A stretch of 64,000 nucleotides of DNA from a virus. Lineage: Duplodnaviria > Heunggongvirae > Uroviricota > Caudoviricetes. The notes beneath the pieces are model-generated. The model searched no databases. It was not told the origin of the DNA and worked only from the letters and a program-made list of their open reading frames with translations. Of this stretch, positions 8,761 through 16,873 are shown piece after piece. Made by a program: the position numbers and the translations under genes. How positions within the stretch are numbered: position 1 is the first letter of the stretch; every line of letters starts with the position of its first letter. The stretch is taken from the IMG/VR virus record IMGVR_UViG_3300025162_001855, one strand, 5' to 3'.

Positions 8761-8792
8761 CAAAAAGAAAGGGGCCGTCAAGCCCCTTTCTT
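8761..8792 (-). terminator. intrinsic terminator after tmRNA (overlaps the next promoter)
   Basis: AAGAAAGGGG/CCCCTTTCTT 10-bp stem followed by a U tract on the minus strand. Confidence 0.85.
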
Positions 8793-8794
8793 GG

Positions 8795-9088
8795 TTGCTT
8801 AGGTTACAGAGTGTTTCCTACTCCGGCTCAGCTAGTTTTTAGGCTGCTAGAGCGTATGCACTATCGTTTGCATTTACGTTTTTACGCCGATTACGTCGGT
8901 CGTCTCTCGAGTGGTCAGTCATCCTATTCTCTGTCAATCGATCCCTTTCACCCCCATAGATACCGGAACGTTAACCCTATGGCGTTTAGGTTAACTACTG
9001 TCTGCCAACCAGCCGGTATTTTAAATTGGTGGAAGTGGCGGCATACGATAGCCGCGTCTTGTCCAGTTTTACGAATCCCTCATACCAC
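8795..9088 (-). ncRNA. ssrA: circularly permuted (two-piece) tmRNA
   Basis: acceptor piece ...GAC-GCGGC-TATCGTAT-GCCGC-CACTTCC-A-CCA ends at 9027; 71-nt intervening segment; coding piece starts GGGGGTG at 8955 (G3.U70); pk1 CCGA/TCGG + CGT/ACG; tag GCA AAC GAT AGT GCA TAC GCT CTA GCA GCC TAA = ANDSAYALAA* at 8871-8839. Confidence 0.93.
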
Positions 9089-9846
9089 TATAACTTTTGT
9101 GGCATACTCGTTTTGAGTCTACCACGAATAAACCCGTTATCCAAATGTTCTGCCAATTGCGATATTTGAATTACATGCTCGTCTATACCATTATTTATCC
9201 AACAGGTGCTTACTCGATGTCCAAGTTTACCACGAACCCAACCATCTGGTATTGGTTCATCTTTACCTATTCTTCTCACCTCTTTGGTAAGAGTATTAGA
9301 TATCCAGTATTTTCCAAATTGACTATTGCCTTCTCCTGTTGCTTTTTCACTTATCTTTTTCTTGTGTTCTTCCCTTTCTTTGGGGGTAGCATGTTTCCAA
9401 CCATTTCTTGGATTGGTTTTATTTGAGGTTTGAACCTTGTTCAACCAATTCCGATAATGTTCGGTGTGGTTTGCTTTTTGATTGGCCATAAATTCTATCA
9501 ACTTCCTACGTGCAATTTTTCCACCAACTCGGGCAGCTTCTTTATGTTGTTCAGAACCATTCCAATGATTCCATCCACCGACTCCACCAGTCCGTATATT
9601 ATATGTGTCGGTTCTCTTGCAGAATTCTTCATTAACTATATTGAGTTCTTCAACCCACATGTCCTGTTCATTGTCAAATATATGCAATATTTCTTTGATG
9701 AAATGTTCGATTCCGTATTTCTTTTTGGCTCGATTTAACGCATGTCCAGAGCCCATGTAACCGTCGTTGATGTCCCAAGTTACATGAGCACCAACATAAA
9801 TCTTACCGTTTACGGTATTAGTAATTTTATAGATTAGGTACAGCAC
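9088..9846 (-). CDS. free-standing GIY-YIG (Seg-like) homing endonuclease
   Basis: LIYKITNTVNGKIYVGAH...YMGSG; probable GTG start at 9846, 5 nt after TAAATA. Confidence 0.88.
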   Translation of the reverse strand: MLYLIYKITNTVNGKIYVGAHVTWDINDGYMGSGHALNRAKKKYGIEHFIKEILHIFDNEQDMWVEELNIVNEEFCKRTDTYNIRTGGVGGWNHWNGSEQHKEAARVGGKIARRKLIEFMANQKANHTEHYRNWLNKVQTSNKTNPRNGWKHATPKEREEHKKKISEKATGEGNSQFGKYWISNTLTKEVRRIGKDEPIPDGWVRGKLGHRVSTCWINNGIDEHVIQISQLAEHLDNGFIRGRLKTSMPQKL

Positions 9847-9886
9847 AGTTGTATTTATGCCGGACGATAGTTCGATACTTATTTTA

Positions 9887-9965
9887 AATGTTGGATCGGT
9901 TGCATGGCCCTGATTACCCAACCACCCCTATGTCGTTAGGTGACTTACGATTGGTGTCCAACATT
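9887..9965 (-). ncRNA. unidentified structured element, putative small RNA
   Basis: 9-bp terminal stem AATGTTGGA/TCCAACATT with internal hairpins, starts immediately after CTAAATA; only a 16-codon ORF inside. Confidence 0.5.
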
Positions 9966-9966
9966 A

Positions 9967-10617
9967 TTATTTAGTTCTACTACGGAACTCTTCAAACAAA
10001 GGATATATTGTTTTCCTTTTAAGTTCCATAATGTCAAAAGAGTGCTTGAGTCCCAACTGCACATCTTTGTTTTCCGAAAGAACAAATACATACCGTATCT
10101 TCGATTTGTCACCGATAAACTGTTGGAGTTGATCCGAATCTATAACCGGAGACAATTTATATTCTTTTGTGAAAGTATCATATACTGATATTGTGCCGCC
10201 ACGATCGACCATTCCGGACCATAATCGTATTGCATCGTCGGACATTATACCATCACTGGAAAATACCAAGTTTAAATTTGATACGTCCTGTTTGATTGCG
10301 ACATACAAATCTGAAGCATACGGCGATATGTTCTTGCCGAGCAGCGGATTTTTTGATGTCAGCACCACTTTACAAAAGTTACCCATACGTTCAGTATCAA
10401 CTATGATGGATACTTTTTGTGCAGACTTATCTCCAACCCAATATGTTACCTGATCCCCCATTTCAATCTTGAACATTTTGCTATTCAATAGAATGGCTTT
10501 TCTGTCTACAAGATTTTCTTTTAGGAGTTTGTGTTGGGCATCAAAAGCATTCTCGCTCGGCAACATCCAGGGTGTCTCTGTCAAGAATGCTCGAAAAAAT
10601 ACCTCATAATTGTCCAT
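9967..10617 (-). CDS. hypothetical protein, possible GNAT-like domain
   Basis: SDGIMSDDAIRLW resembles the SDHSQTAAGARVW motif of 42347-43555; TAAATA 4 nt upstream. Confidence 0.65.
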   Translation of the reverse strand: MDNYEVFFRAFLTETPWMLPSENAFDAQHKLLKENLVDRKAILLNSKMFKIEMGDQVTYWVGDKSAQKVSIIVDTERMGNFCKVVLTSKNPLLGKNISPYASDLYVAIKQDVSNLNLVFSSDGIMSDDAIRLWSGMVDRGGTISVYDTFTKEYKLSPVIDSDQLQQFIGDKSKIRYVFVLSENKDVQLGLKHSFDIMELKRKTIYPLFEEFRSRTK

Positions 10618-10632
10618 GCAGTATTTAGCACA

Positions 10633-10818
10633 TCACTTGGTCTGTGCTAGACAAACAAAGTGAAGATCCTTGGCGGTATTGTCAACGAGCGGTTTGGACT
10701 TGTTGCCCGCTGCCACGCATTCCTGCTCCGAATGAAAACCCGGAATTGCTGTGACCGTAACACTGTCACCCTTCGCAAAGGTACCGGCATAAATGTATAG
10801 AACTAGAATCCAACTCAT
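10633..10818 (-). CDS. small exported/membrane protein with a Cys pair
   Basis: MSWILVLY...ECVAAG...VCL; AAGGAG RBS. Confidence 0.65.
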   Translation of the reverse strand: MSWILVLYIYAGTFAKGDSVTVTAIPGFHSEQECVAAGNKSKPLVDNTAKDLHFVCLAQTK

Positions 10819-10819
10819 A

Positions 10820-11137
10820 TCAATCTCCTTCCTTGTTATGTAAACCCAACTCTCGATTATTTTTCTCGAACCAACGAACAAAATCTAAGTACGGTTTGTG
10901 ATCCACAAACATGTCATAATCGTAAATTGTTCTATCTGATGCCGGGACGTCGCGCTTGTCGCGTTTAATTTGAAACTCTATCCATGTCTTGCATGAACAG
11001 TCCATATAGAAATTATCGGTTTGGCTAAATTCCAATACATCTAGATTGCAGTCTTTGTCTTTAGATTGAAAAGAATTTACCACCTTTTGGCATTTTGGAC
11101 AGGTGGCAGTGGCCTTCACCCAATCAAACATTCCCAT
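10820..11137 (-). CDS. hypothetical Cys-rich protein
   Basis: CPKC, FQSKDKDC, CSC. Confidence 0.65.
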   Translation of the reverse strand: MGMFDWVKATATCPKCQKVVNSFQSKDKDCNLDVLEFSQTDNFYMDCSCKTWIEFQIKRDKRDVPASDRTIYDYDMFVDHKPYLDFVRWFEKNNRELGLHNKEGD

Positions 11138-11438
11138 ACATACCCACCGTCTTTAGTGGTTGCCAATTGTGTCCAAGCAACCAATAAATCCAATCATCGC
11201 CGGCGGGAACAGGTGCCTCTGGACTATCTAAGCGATTCTTCAACCACCGGGTACCATATGGTCCACCAACCTCCAGGATGCGCTCGGCTGCATATAGAAT
11301 CTTGTATGGTATACTCACCCAACCATCCAAACTTCCAGCTGTGGGCGTAACATGCATCATAAGATGCGGGCTGCTCTGCTTGGTGCGCTCTAAACAGCCC
11401 GGAGCAATTTCAATATAGACAACGTGCTTTTTCATCAT
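11124..11438 (-). CDS. hypothetical protein
   Basis: coupled ORF. Confidence 0.6.
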   Translation of the reverse strand: MMKKHVVYIEIAPGCLERTKQSSPHLMMHVTPTAGSLDGWVSIPYKILYAAERILEVGGPYGTRWLKNRLDSPEAPVPAGDDWIYWLLGHNWQPLKTVGMYGNV

Positions 11439-11833
11439 CCTCGCCGCATCCGAGCAATGTCAATCGCCACTTCTTTATTGTCGGCAAAGATCGGCACCAT
11501 GTTGGATTTGTGCATCGTTGCAATACCTATCAATTGCCGTTCACCCGAATACTTACGCTCCGGTGGCTTGCTGCATACCCCCAAACCCGGTGTATGGCTA
11601 GTGATTTCTTGCTTCAAATGATCCTGGTAACGCGGGTGCATTTCTTTTGGCTTCAAATCGGGGCTTTTGTGGCACTTCTGTTCCGGTGGACGAATGTTGT
11701 ATTCGCGCAGCATGGCCTCACGTTCAGCAACGGCCTTCTCCGAGCGCCGCTTGGCTTCAGCTGATGCCCACTTCTTCTTACCTTTCTTCTTACCGGTTGT
11801 GGTAAGAGAAGGGTGTGCTAAATGCATGGTCAC
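11435..11833 (-). CDS. basic hypothetical phage protein
   Basis: GIATMHKSNMVP...RMRR. Confidence 0.7.
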   Translation of the reverse strand: MTMHLAHPSLTTTGKKKGKKKWASAEAKRRSEKAVAEREAMLREYNIRPPEQKCHKSPDLKPKEMHPRYQDHLKQEITSHTPGLGVCSKPPERKYSGERQLIGIATMHKSNMVPIFADNKEVAIDIARMRRG

Positions 11834-12123
11834 TTGGGTAACTTCTTTGTTGCTTCTTTTAATATGTCATGGTAGGTATACAGTGCGTCACGCTCAAAGG
11901 CATTGAGCTGTTCCCCGCTCATAAAGAGGGCTGTATTATACGCATCCCTTGCTTCCTTGAGCGCAGGTTCAATAAACCGATTATGTCGTTCAAGAGCCTC
12001 AACCATACTGTTTACTTCAAGGTGTACAAAGTACGCCTGCAACTTTGCGCTAACCACCCGACCGGCATTTAGGGCGTCATTGGATGGAAGTGGTCCCGGT
12101 CCCATATTATCGGATTGACCCAT
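11830..12123 (-). CDS. hypothetical protein
   Basis: in-line ORF; start adjusted to MGQSD. Confidence 0.55.
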   Translation of the reverse strand: MGQSDNMGPGPLPSNDALNAGRVVSAKLQAYFVHLEVNSMVEALERHNRFIEPALKEARDAYNTALFMSGEQLNAFERDALYTYHDILKEATKKLPK

Positions 12124-12475
12124 CCGTGTATCCCACCAAGGCCAATGCCATAAGATATTTCTCGTAAGCATCCTGGACGAATGCATACTCCTCACGTATT
12201 TTGGACTCTTTAACCACCGCAGCAGATTCCCTGTCAATACACTTAACCACAACTTTCAGTGTATGTGCAGTGCTATATAATGCATAGCCTTGTAGTCTAC
12301 GTTGGCGTGCAAGGGAATTTACTGCGGTTGCTGTCTGTGGCGGACATTGGGGTATGTCCATTTCATACCGCATTCGATCGGCACGAGGATCTTGCTTTAG
12401 ATCTATTCCAATATTGCTAAGGACGGCGATCTCATAATCGTTTAGATAGATGTCGTCATCGTCGATGATGTTCAA
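12107..12475 (-). CDS. hypothetical protein
   Basis: coupled ORF. Confidence 0.6.
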   Translation of the reverse strand: MNIIDDDDIYLNDYEIAVLSNIGIDLKQDPRADRMRYEMDIPQCPPQTATAVNSLARQRRLQGYALYSTAHTLKVVVKCIDRESAAVVKESKIREEYAFVQDAYEKYLMALALVGYTDGSIR

Positions 12476-12816
12476 ACGATCACATCCTTTTCCTTCCTGC
12501 GGTCGGAGTACAACTTTGTGCCGCGTTCGCGCACAAGGTCAGCCATGGCCTGCGGATGATCGTTAAACTGCTCTACCATCGATTCCTTGGTAATCGACTC
12601 ATCGGTCTCGAGGTAGTAGATCTCGTAATGGCGTTGGACGTTGAACTTTGCCCGTGTTTCCATATAGAAAATGTGATGGGCGATGGCTTTGGTTGCCCGC
12701 ATACTGCCACCAATGGCTTCGAACAGGATCTGATCCTTTTCGGCAGTGATGTCAATGCACGCCTCCAGGCCATTGCAGTCCCACGAAAGAAGAAACTTGT
12801 TAGTCTGCTCGGACAT
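12472..12816 (-). CDS. hypothetical protein
   Basis: RBS; promoter TTGCAA-18-TATAAT at 12857-12886. Confidence 0.7.
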   Translation of the reverse strand: MSEQTNKFLLSWDCNGLEACIDITAEKDQILFEAIGGSMRATKAIAHHIFYMETRAKFNVQRHYEIYYLETDESITKESMVEQFNDHPQAMADLVRERGTKLYSDRRKEKDVIV

Positions 12817-12970
12817 GTTCTTTCACCTTTACACGAATGCTGTTGTTCACCAGTGCATTATACAACGCCGGATAGTGAGTTTGCAACTCGCCAAGAAGAT
12901 GCGTTGGCCCATATTCGTCCAACGCATCGTTTAATGCTGCAAGCGCCGAGTGAAGGCTTGCCTCATTCAT

Positions 12971-13234
12971 TTACCGTGCCATCCACTTTCCAATCTTGTA
13001 TGCCGCAGCGCCGGAAATGGCAACCTTGGCTGCATACTTGCCAACTGACATAGCAGTGCTCTCGCGACCTTCTCGGGCCAGGCGCTTGTCTTCTTCCTTG
13101 GCGGCCTTTGCTTCCTGCTTACAATATGCTTTGTATTCGGGATCATTATCTCGGGAAATTTCTTTCATCTTCCAGCAATCATCGCTGTAGTCGATTTCCC
13201 ACCAGGGTTTCCATTCGATACGTCTTCCCCACAT
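12971..13234 (-). CDS. hypothetical protein
   Basis: AGGAG RBS, GTG start. Confidence 0.6.
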   Translation of the reverse strand: MWGRRIEWKPWWEIDYSDDCWKMKEISRDNDPEYKAYCKQEAKAAKEEDKRLAREGRESTAMSVGKYAAKVAISGAAAYKIGKWMAR

Positions 13235-13302
13235 AACACTCTCCTTAAAACAAAAATGGGTGTTTTCGGCCGCGCCCGGATTACACCCAACCTGGGTTCA
13301 GA

Positions 13303-13632
13303 TTAGGCCTGAACTTCGGCCTTGGCCTTGGGGGCCTTGGTCTTGCTGGCCTTCGGCGTCACGGGAACCGAAACCTCGGTCTCCGAACGATTCAGGACGT
13401 GCTTCAGCGCAACACCCGCACCAGCCGGAATGTTCTCCAGCGTAGCAAGCAGATGGTTAACCGCAGCGACCTTGGTCATCGCATGTGGGAGTTCCACAAA
13501 CGTAACCTCAGTCATGCCAGTACGCTCCAAGAGCGCAATACGCGCCTTTGAAGTAGTGTTGGCAAAGCGAGCCTTGTACTGACCATTGGCCAGCTTGCTG
13601 TATCCAGCAATCTTAAAAGTCTTAGTCGTCAT
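13303..13632 (-). CDS. basic hypothetical protein with Lys/Ala-rich tail
   Basis: GAGGA RBS; TTGACA-17-CATTAT promoter upstream; biased codon use. Confidence 0.75.
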   Translation of the reverse strand: MTTKTFKIAGYSKLANGQYKARFANTTSKARIALLERTGMTEVTFVELPHAMTKVAAVNHLLATLENIPAGAGVALKHVLNRSETEVSVPVTPKASKTKAPKAKAEVQA

Positions 13633-13716
13633 ATCATATCCTCACAATTTACAAAAGTACCAAAGGGGTACCACCATATAATGCAGTCGGTTGTTCTTAT
13701 TGTCAACCTAAATGCA

Positions 13717-13878
13717 TTACAACCAACGCTGACGGTCTTCGACCGCAACGCAGATCTCTACCAGCTCATCCCGTTCGTACAGGTGAGCATTTTGGACACC
13801 AAACTCAACTTGCGCCACGCGGGCCAAGTTGGCCTCTTCGAGAAGAGCATTCCGAAGTCGCTCAAGTTCCATGTCCAT
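13717..13878 (-). CDS. small hypothetical protein (MDMELERL...)
   Basis: GAGGA RBS; TTGACA-17-TATAAT at 13903-13931. Confidence 0.65.
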   Translation of the reverse strand: MDMELERLRNALLEEANLARVAQVEFGVQNAHLYERDELVEICVAVEDRQRWL

Positions 13879-13927
13879 AGATTCCTCACTGTTCATTTTA
13901 AAATTATAGCAAAGGACTAAACCGATG

Positions 13928-14137
13928 TCAACTCTTTTTACCGGAAAGTTTATCAAAAATCTGTTGCGAAAGAGCAAGGGCCTCATCGTCCGACAAGTAC
14001 CAGTCGGTAAGCGGATTCCAATACTTGCCCTCCTTGGGATCATAGTACGCAACCTGCCCGTTGGGATAATGGAAGGGACCCTCGAGTCCCTTACGGGGAC
14101 CAAATTCCTGTCGGTTCATCACAACCACGTATCCCAT
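13928..14137 (-). CDS. small hypothetical protein
   Basis: LEGPFHYPNGQVAYYDPKEGKYW. Confidence 0.7.
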   Translation of the reverse strand: MGYVVVMNRQEFGPRKGLEGPFHYPNGQVAYYDPKEGKYWNPLTDWYLSDDEALALSQQIFDKLSGKKS

Positions 14138-14397
14138 TACAGTTTCTCCTCGAGCTCATCGTACACAAAATTGTGTCGAAGGTCAATCGATTTTGTAACC
14201 AGTTCCGGCGAAATAATGTACTGCTTCGTAACAGCTTCGCCATTCTTACCATGGAACACGTCGTAAACGTTGGTCCGACTCTTCATGCGGATGCCAACGA
14301 TAAGCCCACGAATATTTGAAGGATTCTTAAGAATAACCTTCTGTCCATTTGTTAAATGGTATTCTGTGTAACGTGTTTCTTTACTGTCCATACTCAT
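14137..14397 (-). CDS. hypothetical protein
   Basis: TTGACT-17-TATACT at 14398-14426; second ATG (14391) is 6 nt downstream. Confidence 0.65.
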   Translation of the reverse strand: MSMDSKETRYTEYHLTNGQKVILKNPSNIRGLIVGIRMKSRTNVYDVFHGKNGEAVTKQYIISPELVTKSIDLRHNFVYDELEEKL

Positions 14398-14446
14398 AGT
14401 ATAGCAAAAGGGTACCCAAAAGTCAAATATTAAATATCGTTAAGAA

Positions 14447-14578
14447 TCATTGGGTTACAAGCGAATGCGATTCAATTATCCAAAAAATGGTGTAAAATAG
14501 AACGGATAGCAGTGCAATGCCCGAAAAGGCCATTACCATTCCTGCTTTAAGCGCCCAATGCGTTTTATTTTTACCCAC
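14447..14578 (-). CDS. 43-aa single-TM peptide (not in track)
   Basis: CTAAATA, GGAG RBS, GTG start, hydrophobic core. Confidence 0.5.
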   Translation of the reverse strand: MGKNKTHWALKAGMVMAFSGIALLSVLFYTIFWIIESHSLVTQ

Positions 14579-14621
14579 AGGTATCTCCGTTCTGTAAGTA
14601 TTTAGCCAAGCCTCAAATTAA

Positions 14622-14732
14622 CTACTGTTTGGCCCGGATCAAAATATAGGTGAACAGTGCAGCCACAAGAAATACCCCAGCGGTATATAGTGCGGCATAC
14701 AGATTTTCTCGAAAATGCTTATTGTGCAGCAT
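14622..14732 (-). CDS. 36-aa single-TM peptide (not in track)
   Basis: MLHNKHFRENLYAALYTAGVFLVAALFTYILIRAKQ. Confidence 0.45.
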   Translation of the reverse strand: MLHNKHFRENLYAALYTAGVFLVAALFTYILIRAKQ

Positions 14733-14958
14733 GGTACGGATCTTTCAAGATTGCGCGGATTTGCTTGAGAGCCGCACCAGCTGAAAAATAGTCATCTTCC
14801 CATTTTCCAATTATATGATTTGCCTGCTCGATTCGATCGAGAAGATCATCATATAGTTCGGCTGGAACCACTTCCACGCCCGGGGCCAATGGCCCACGGG
14901 GGATGTTTGGATCCTCTGCACTCCAACGATCAATCTTATTGGCCCAACGATCATCCAT
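14719..14958 (-). CDS. hypothetical protein
   Basis: in-line ORF. Confidence 0.6.
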   Translation of the reverse strand: MDDRWANKIDRWSAEDPNIPRGPLAPGVEVVPAELYDDLLDRIEQANHIIGKWEDDYFSAGAALKQIRAILKDPYHAAQ

Positions 14959-14961
14959 ACA

Positions 14962-15087
14962 TTAGCCCCCGGTTCTAGTCATCCACCAGACTGCAAAGCA
15001 AACCACCGATACTAACGGGTTGCCGATCAGGAGAAACCCAACACCACCGGCTAACAGCACCACATTGACGTCTATGGTAGTTTTCAT
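14962..15087 (-). CDS. 41-aa membrane peptide (not in track)
   Basis: hydrophobic ORF filling the gap. Confidence 0.45.
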   Translation of the reverse strand: MKTTIDVNVVLLAGGVGFLLIGNPLVSVVCFAVWWMTRTGG

Positions 15088-15088
15088 G

Positions 15089-15310
15089 TTAAATCTGGCT
15101 ACGATTAAGTCCAACGGTCTTGAGCTTTTCGTCGGCCTTGGCCAACTGAGCCTTGGCGTAATCGAGCTTGCCTTCGGCAGTAGTTACAGCAACCTCATCC
15201 GGGGTCGTTGCACGCTTTGCACGACGGAGATTCCGCTTGGCCAATTCCAGGTTGCGCTGGGCGCAAATGTAATCAACACCTTGACTCAACATACGGGTCG
15301 TCTTCGCCAT
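15089..15310 (-). CDS. small coiled-coil protein
   Basis: AGGAG RBS; TTGACA-17-TATAAT at 15341-15369. Confidence 0.7.
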   Translation of the reverse strand: MAKTTRMLSQGVDYICAQRNLELAKRNLRRAKRATTPDEVAVTTAEGKLDYAKAQLAKADEKLKTVGLNRSQI

Positions 15311-15330
15311 TCTGCTCTCCTAAAATTAGT

Positions 15331-15762
15331 TCACTGTTCTATTATACGGTATTCTTGGGCTGCTGTCAACAATTTTTTTGGATCCAATTTTAGGTACTCG
15401 ATTAGCAGTTTTAGGTAGATTTCTACAAATTTGACGTCGTGCTCATCATAGCCCATTGAATGGATTAGCTCGTGTATCAACACCAAAAAGTTACGTTGGT
15501 TTCGAGACAATTGGATATAATCGCCCTGCGAGTAGCTGAACCATGCACCACCGTGCTTTGTTCCTTTTCCGGCAACAATTTTGGGTTCAGGTTTGCCCTT
15601 ACCGTACTTCTTCCAAATTTTGGAGGCCAATGCCCGCAACGTGGACATCGACAATACTTTGGATGCTGCTGTACCCCAAAAGTAATCGGCTTCGAATTTA
15701 TACAAGCGACGGGTATCAACTCCCCGGGCGTGACTGGTTTTTGTTACTTCGTCGATCTTCAT
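15331..15762 (-). CDS. zincin-like metallopeptidase domain protein
   Basis: LIHELIHSMGYDEH (HExxH..H); N-term MKIDEV; TAAATA 4 nt upstream. Confidence 0.7.
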   Translation of the reverse strand: MKIDEVTKTSHARGVDTRRLYKFEADYFWGTAASKVLSMSTLRALASKIWKKYGKGKPEPKIVAGKGTKHGGAWFSYSQGDYIQLSRNQRNFLVLIHELIHSMGYDEHDVKFVEIYLKLLIEYLKLDPKKLLTAAQEYRIIEQ

Positions 15763-15831
15763 ACTGTATTTATGGTTGAACGAAAAAGGTGGAAGGCTAT
15801 TAGAAACTAACAGCCTTCGTTCACCGAACCA

Positions 15832-15906
15832 CTACTTGACTTTGTCAAATGCTTCGGCGCCCATTATGGCCAATGCCAGGGCCAAGTTTGCTACGATTAG
15901 AAACAT
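15832..15906 (-). CDS. 24-aa hydrophobic peptide (not in track)
   Basis: GGAGGA RBS; MFLIVANLALALAIMGAEAFDKVK. Confidence 0.4.
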   Translation of the reverse strand: MFLIVANLALALAIMGAEAFDKVK

Positions 15907-16001
15907 GGTATATCCTCCTTTATTTATTCTGTTATTGTACGCGAGTATTTATGGCAGTGCAACATGAAATTCAATAAAATCGTATCAGCATAAATACTAT
16001 C

Positions 16002-16544
16002 ATGCGACGAACCGATTTTGAACCACGAAAACCAACAATTTACTTGGACATGGATGGTGTCCAATGTGATTTCTTTTCGGCATGGGCAAGATTACATGGC
16101 AAGTCCAGGTATAAGGATATCGGCAGTGACATTGCACGCGAACAAAGTCTAAAGGATTTGGCTGCGCTGGGGCCGGATGCCATTCATAAGTTCTTTGCTA
16201 CTTTACCACCAATTGCCGAAGGATTGGATTTGGTAAATTGGTTTCGATACCGGAAGATACCGTACATTATTTTGAGCTCACCATTACGCTATCACAGCGA
16301 AGCAAGCATCGAGGGCAAAAAGGAATGGTTACAAAAATACACACCTTGGGCATTAAGCTCGGCTATCTTTTTAAGCGAGAAGGCAAACCTCGCCACAAAA
16401 GATGGACAACCAAATGTGTTAATCGATGATTACAAGAAGAACATTAACAGTTGGAATAAGGCCAATGGATTGGCAATCTTATTCCGGACGGACCGAGTTG
16501 ATGAGATCAAACAACAACTCGCCGAAATATACAAAAAGGGTTGA
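16002..16544 (+). CDS. HAD-family 5'(3')-deoxyribonucleotidase (NT5C-like)
   Basis: IYLDMDGV, ILSSP, GKKEW, LIDDY. Confidence 0.88.
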   Translation: MRRTDFEPRKPTIYLDMDGVQCDFFSAWARLHGKSRYKDIGSDIAREQSLKDLAALGPDAIHKFFATLPPIAEGLDLVNWFRYRKIPYIILSSPLRYHSEASIEGKKEWLQKYTPWALSSAIFLSEKANLATKDGQPNVLIDDYKKNINSWNKANGLAILFRTDRVDEIKQQLAEIYKKG

Positions 16545-16579
16545 TGGTTAGTAATTTATAAACAACAAGGAGGAAGTTT

Positions 16580-16873
16580 ATGATGAAGTCATTTATTTTT
16601 GCGATAATGCTAACACTGTCTAGTGTGGCAATGGCCGATACGATTACATTGGGTCCAGTTAGCTGTGGTACCTTAAAGCAATGTTATACTATCCCAAACG
16701 ACGCAGCACTCGATATCAATTTGTTTGCTGGTACAGGTGCGGGGTCGGGGTCAACATTGCAATACCCACTGGCAGCTCACAGATGGTTCGATCGTCCGAT
16801 AACTGAAGTTAGTCTTTATACTAAGCCGTCTGGTCCCACGCTAATAGTCATGCGACCTGCGGTCTTAGTATAA
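16580..16873 (+). CDS. signal-peptide-bearing protein, possibly truncated or frameshifted
   Basis: strong RBS and signal peptide; 3' end overlaps a convergent gene. Confidence 0.45.
   Translation: MMKSFIFAIMLTLSSVAMADTITLGPVSCGTLKQCYTIPNDAALDINLFAGTGAGSGSTLQYPLAAHRWFDRPITEVSLYTKPSGPTLIVMRPAVLV

Noticed and set aside
9887-9965. HDV-like/theta ribozyme reading of the 79-nt element (GUC-ACCUAAC-GAC resembles P3/L3)
   Set aside because: No convincing P1 helix can be formed, and it is not downstream of a tRNA. Kept only as an unidentified RNA.
16580-16873. Programmed frameshift in the exported protein (alternative frame HWQLTDGSIVR*)
   Set aside because: No slippery site or stimulator; decay or deletion is equally plausible and cannot be resolved without homologs.
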